DNA of 64,000 nt from Iphione sp. A-MEVVRFRX5 (lineage: Eukaryota), in contig OZ320316.1 in the NCBI GenBank assembly GCA_976226885.1, forward strand, positions 38,874,001-38,938,000. The letters run 5' to 3'. The position numbers and the translations under genes are program-made. Of this stretch, positions 62,860-64,000 are shown piece after piece. Within the stretch, counting starts at the first letter, position 1; every line of letters begins with the position of its first letter. The notes under the pieces were generated by a model. It did no database searches. It saw nothing but the letters and a program-made list of their open reading frames with translations, and was not told the origin of the DNA.

Positions 62860-63120
62860 TGTCACACTCTTAAGCCTCGCGCCGCGCTGCGCTCACCGAG
62901 CACGGCGCCAATATGACGAGGGCCGCGCTAGTGGTGGCCACCCCATCTATCAACGCCACCGCCAGTCGGCGTTGGTGGTCATGCAAAGTCGAAGATCGTT
63001 CGATGCTCTACTGCTGCTGCGGCCTGTGATTCTCCCATGACCCTGCGTTACTCTGGCTACAGATGTTGGCAGCTGCGGCTGCTATTGCGGTGGTGTGCCC
63101 GTTGCAGGCGACAGTGGTTT
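62860..63120 (+). promoter_or_regulatory. CpG-rich candidate promoter/5' region of the host gene
   Basis: Locally GC- and CpG-dense (gccgcgctgcgctcaccgagcacggcgccaatatgacg) with a CCAAT motif at about 62908, just upstream of the long open frame. Inference only. Confidence 0.3.
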
Positions 63121-63189
63121 CAGATCCAGAAAGGCATTCTCGCGTTTCTTCAGCTGTGGGTTACACCCACATATGCCTTTCCTTGCACC

Positions 63190-64000
63190 ATGCAAATGCA
63201 CCAGGTTAAGTTTCATGGAGCCAGCGTGCCATTCGTGACGATCTCTCCTATCAGCACCGTCGTGGCGGTGGCCTTAGTTGGCATCCTTGTAGCTGCCCAA
63301 GGAGTGGTGGCAAGTCCGTTGATGAGACGTCCAGGAGGTGTGGGGTTTGTGGACATTCTGAATGAATATCAGCAAAGTGTCCACCGCCCAAAGCGGGATG
63401 CTCCCGTGGACCAAACCAGCGGAACGACGAGAAGAGTGACAGCGGTCACCGTCGACTCCTTCAGCTCCAGCCATACCGAGTCCCCTCTGCTGCCGGATCA
63501 AGCAAGAACAACGGCCCCGGAGCGGGAACAAATTCAGTCTCTGACCTGCAATAATGACAGTAGCCAACCGTGCCAATGCACATCATTCTGTAACGTGGAT
63601 TTGAGGATACAGTCCAGCACAGGATCCCAGCAGGCAACCACAATATCCGAACGGCCAGATGTAAACTGCTGCATAGAAATACTTTCCGCGTCCGAATTGC
63701 TCCAGATCGTGACACTAGAACTGCAAGGACCGAAAGAGGAGTATGAGAGAGACTTTGAGGAGCGATTTAAGATGGTAATGGTGAGCACGATTCGGGAGTA
63801 CTGCAGCAACTCGACAGGCGACATGTGTGGATTAACAGAGGACGAAAGCAATAGCTTGATGCAGGTATTCACGCCTGCTGGCATCTTCCTTGTTTACCTA
63901 CAGGAAAAGACTAGGGGAGGGGGCCTCAATGACAGCGTTCAGTTGGAGGTAAGCTTCGTTGTTTATCTTAGCGCCATCGAGCCGGAGTCCGACAGCCGGG
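63190..64000 (+). CDS. Probable host gene, 5' coding part of a secreted or membrane protein; runs off the window
   Basis: The frame is open from 62932 to the window end, with ATGs at 63037, 63190 and 63196. It has a hydrophobic signal-like segment STVVAVALVGILVAAQGVVA, RPKR at 63385-63396, a Ser/Thr-rich stretch, a Cys cluster (CNNDSSQPCQCTSFC), N-glycosylation sequons NDS/NST/NDS, and FEERFKMVMVSTIREYC..C..VSFVVY (possibly SEA-like). Confidence 0.75.
   Translation, partial: MQMHQVKFHGASVPFVTISPISTVVAVALVGILVAAQGVVASPLMRRPGGVGFVDILNEYQQSVHRPKRDAPVDQTSGTTRRVTAVTVDSFSSSHTESPLLPDQARTTAPEREQIQSLTCNNDSSQPCQCTSFCNVDLRIQSSTGSQQATTISERPDVNCCIEILSASELLQIVTLELQGPKEEYERDFEERFKMVMVSTIREYCSNSTGDMCGLTEDESNSLMQVFTPAGIFLVYLQEKTRGGGLNDSVQLEVSFVVYLSAIEPESDSR

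Noticed and set aside
63274-63884. Minus-strand ORFs of 84-116 aa in the track
   Set aside because: They are antisense shadows of the long plus-strand frame, which has the protein-like features.

Overview
Eukaryotic genomic DNA, most likely from a marine invertebrate (inferred from the transposon repertoire). It is moderately AT-rich and almost entirely transposable-element derived. (1) A near-intact Ngaro-type tyrosine-recombinase retrotransposon lies at 25031-29156, with split direct repeats A1..B1-A2-B2 and gag, RT/RNase H and YR ORFs. Its gag and pol are in frame and separated only by TGA-CTAG, the canonical stop-codon readthrough context. It sits among at least five decayed relatives. 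(2) An old AcademX DNA transposon (32996-38530, long TIRs, TTA TSD) has a Sola1-type element (33165-35661, ATAT TSD) inserted at the inner end of its left TIR. (3) A decayed CR1-group LINE on the minus strand has ORF2 at 52.0-54.5 kb. Upstream on the same strand is an ORF1-like gene with a C-terminal NADAR (YbiA-like) domain (56.5-57.6 kb). (4) There are many Harbinger, Tc1/mariner and EnSpm-type MITEs, tRNA-derived SINE heads and micro/minisatellites. (5) One probable host gene starts at about 63.0-63.2 kb and runs off the window; it is absent from the ORF track because it has no stop codon. It encodes a signal peptide, an RPKR furin-type site and a Cys-containing extracellular region. All family calls come from reading motifs by eye; no database searches were run.
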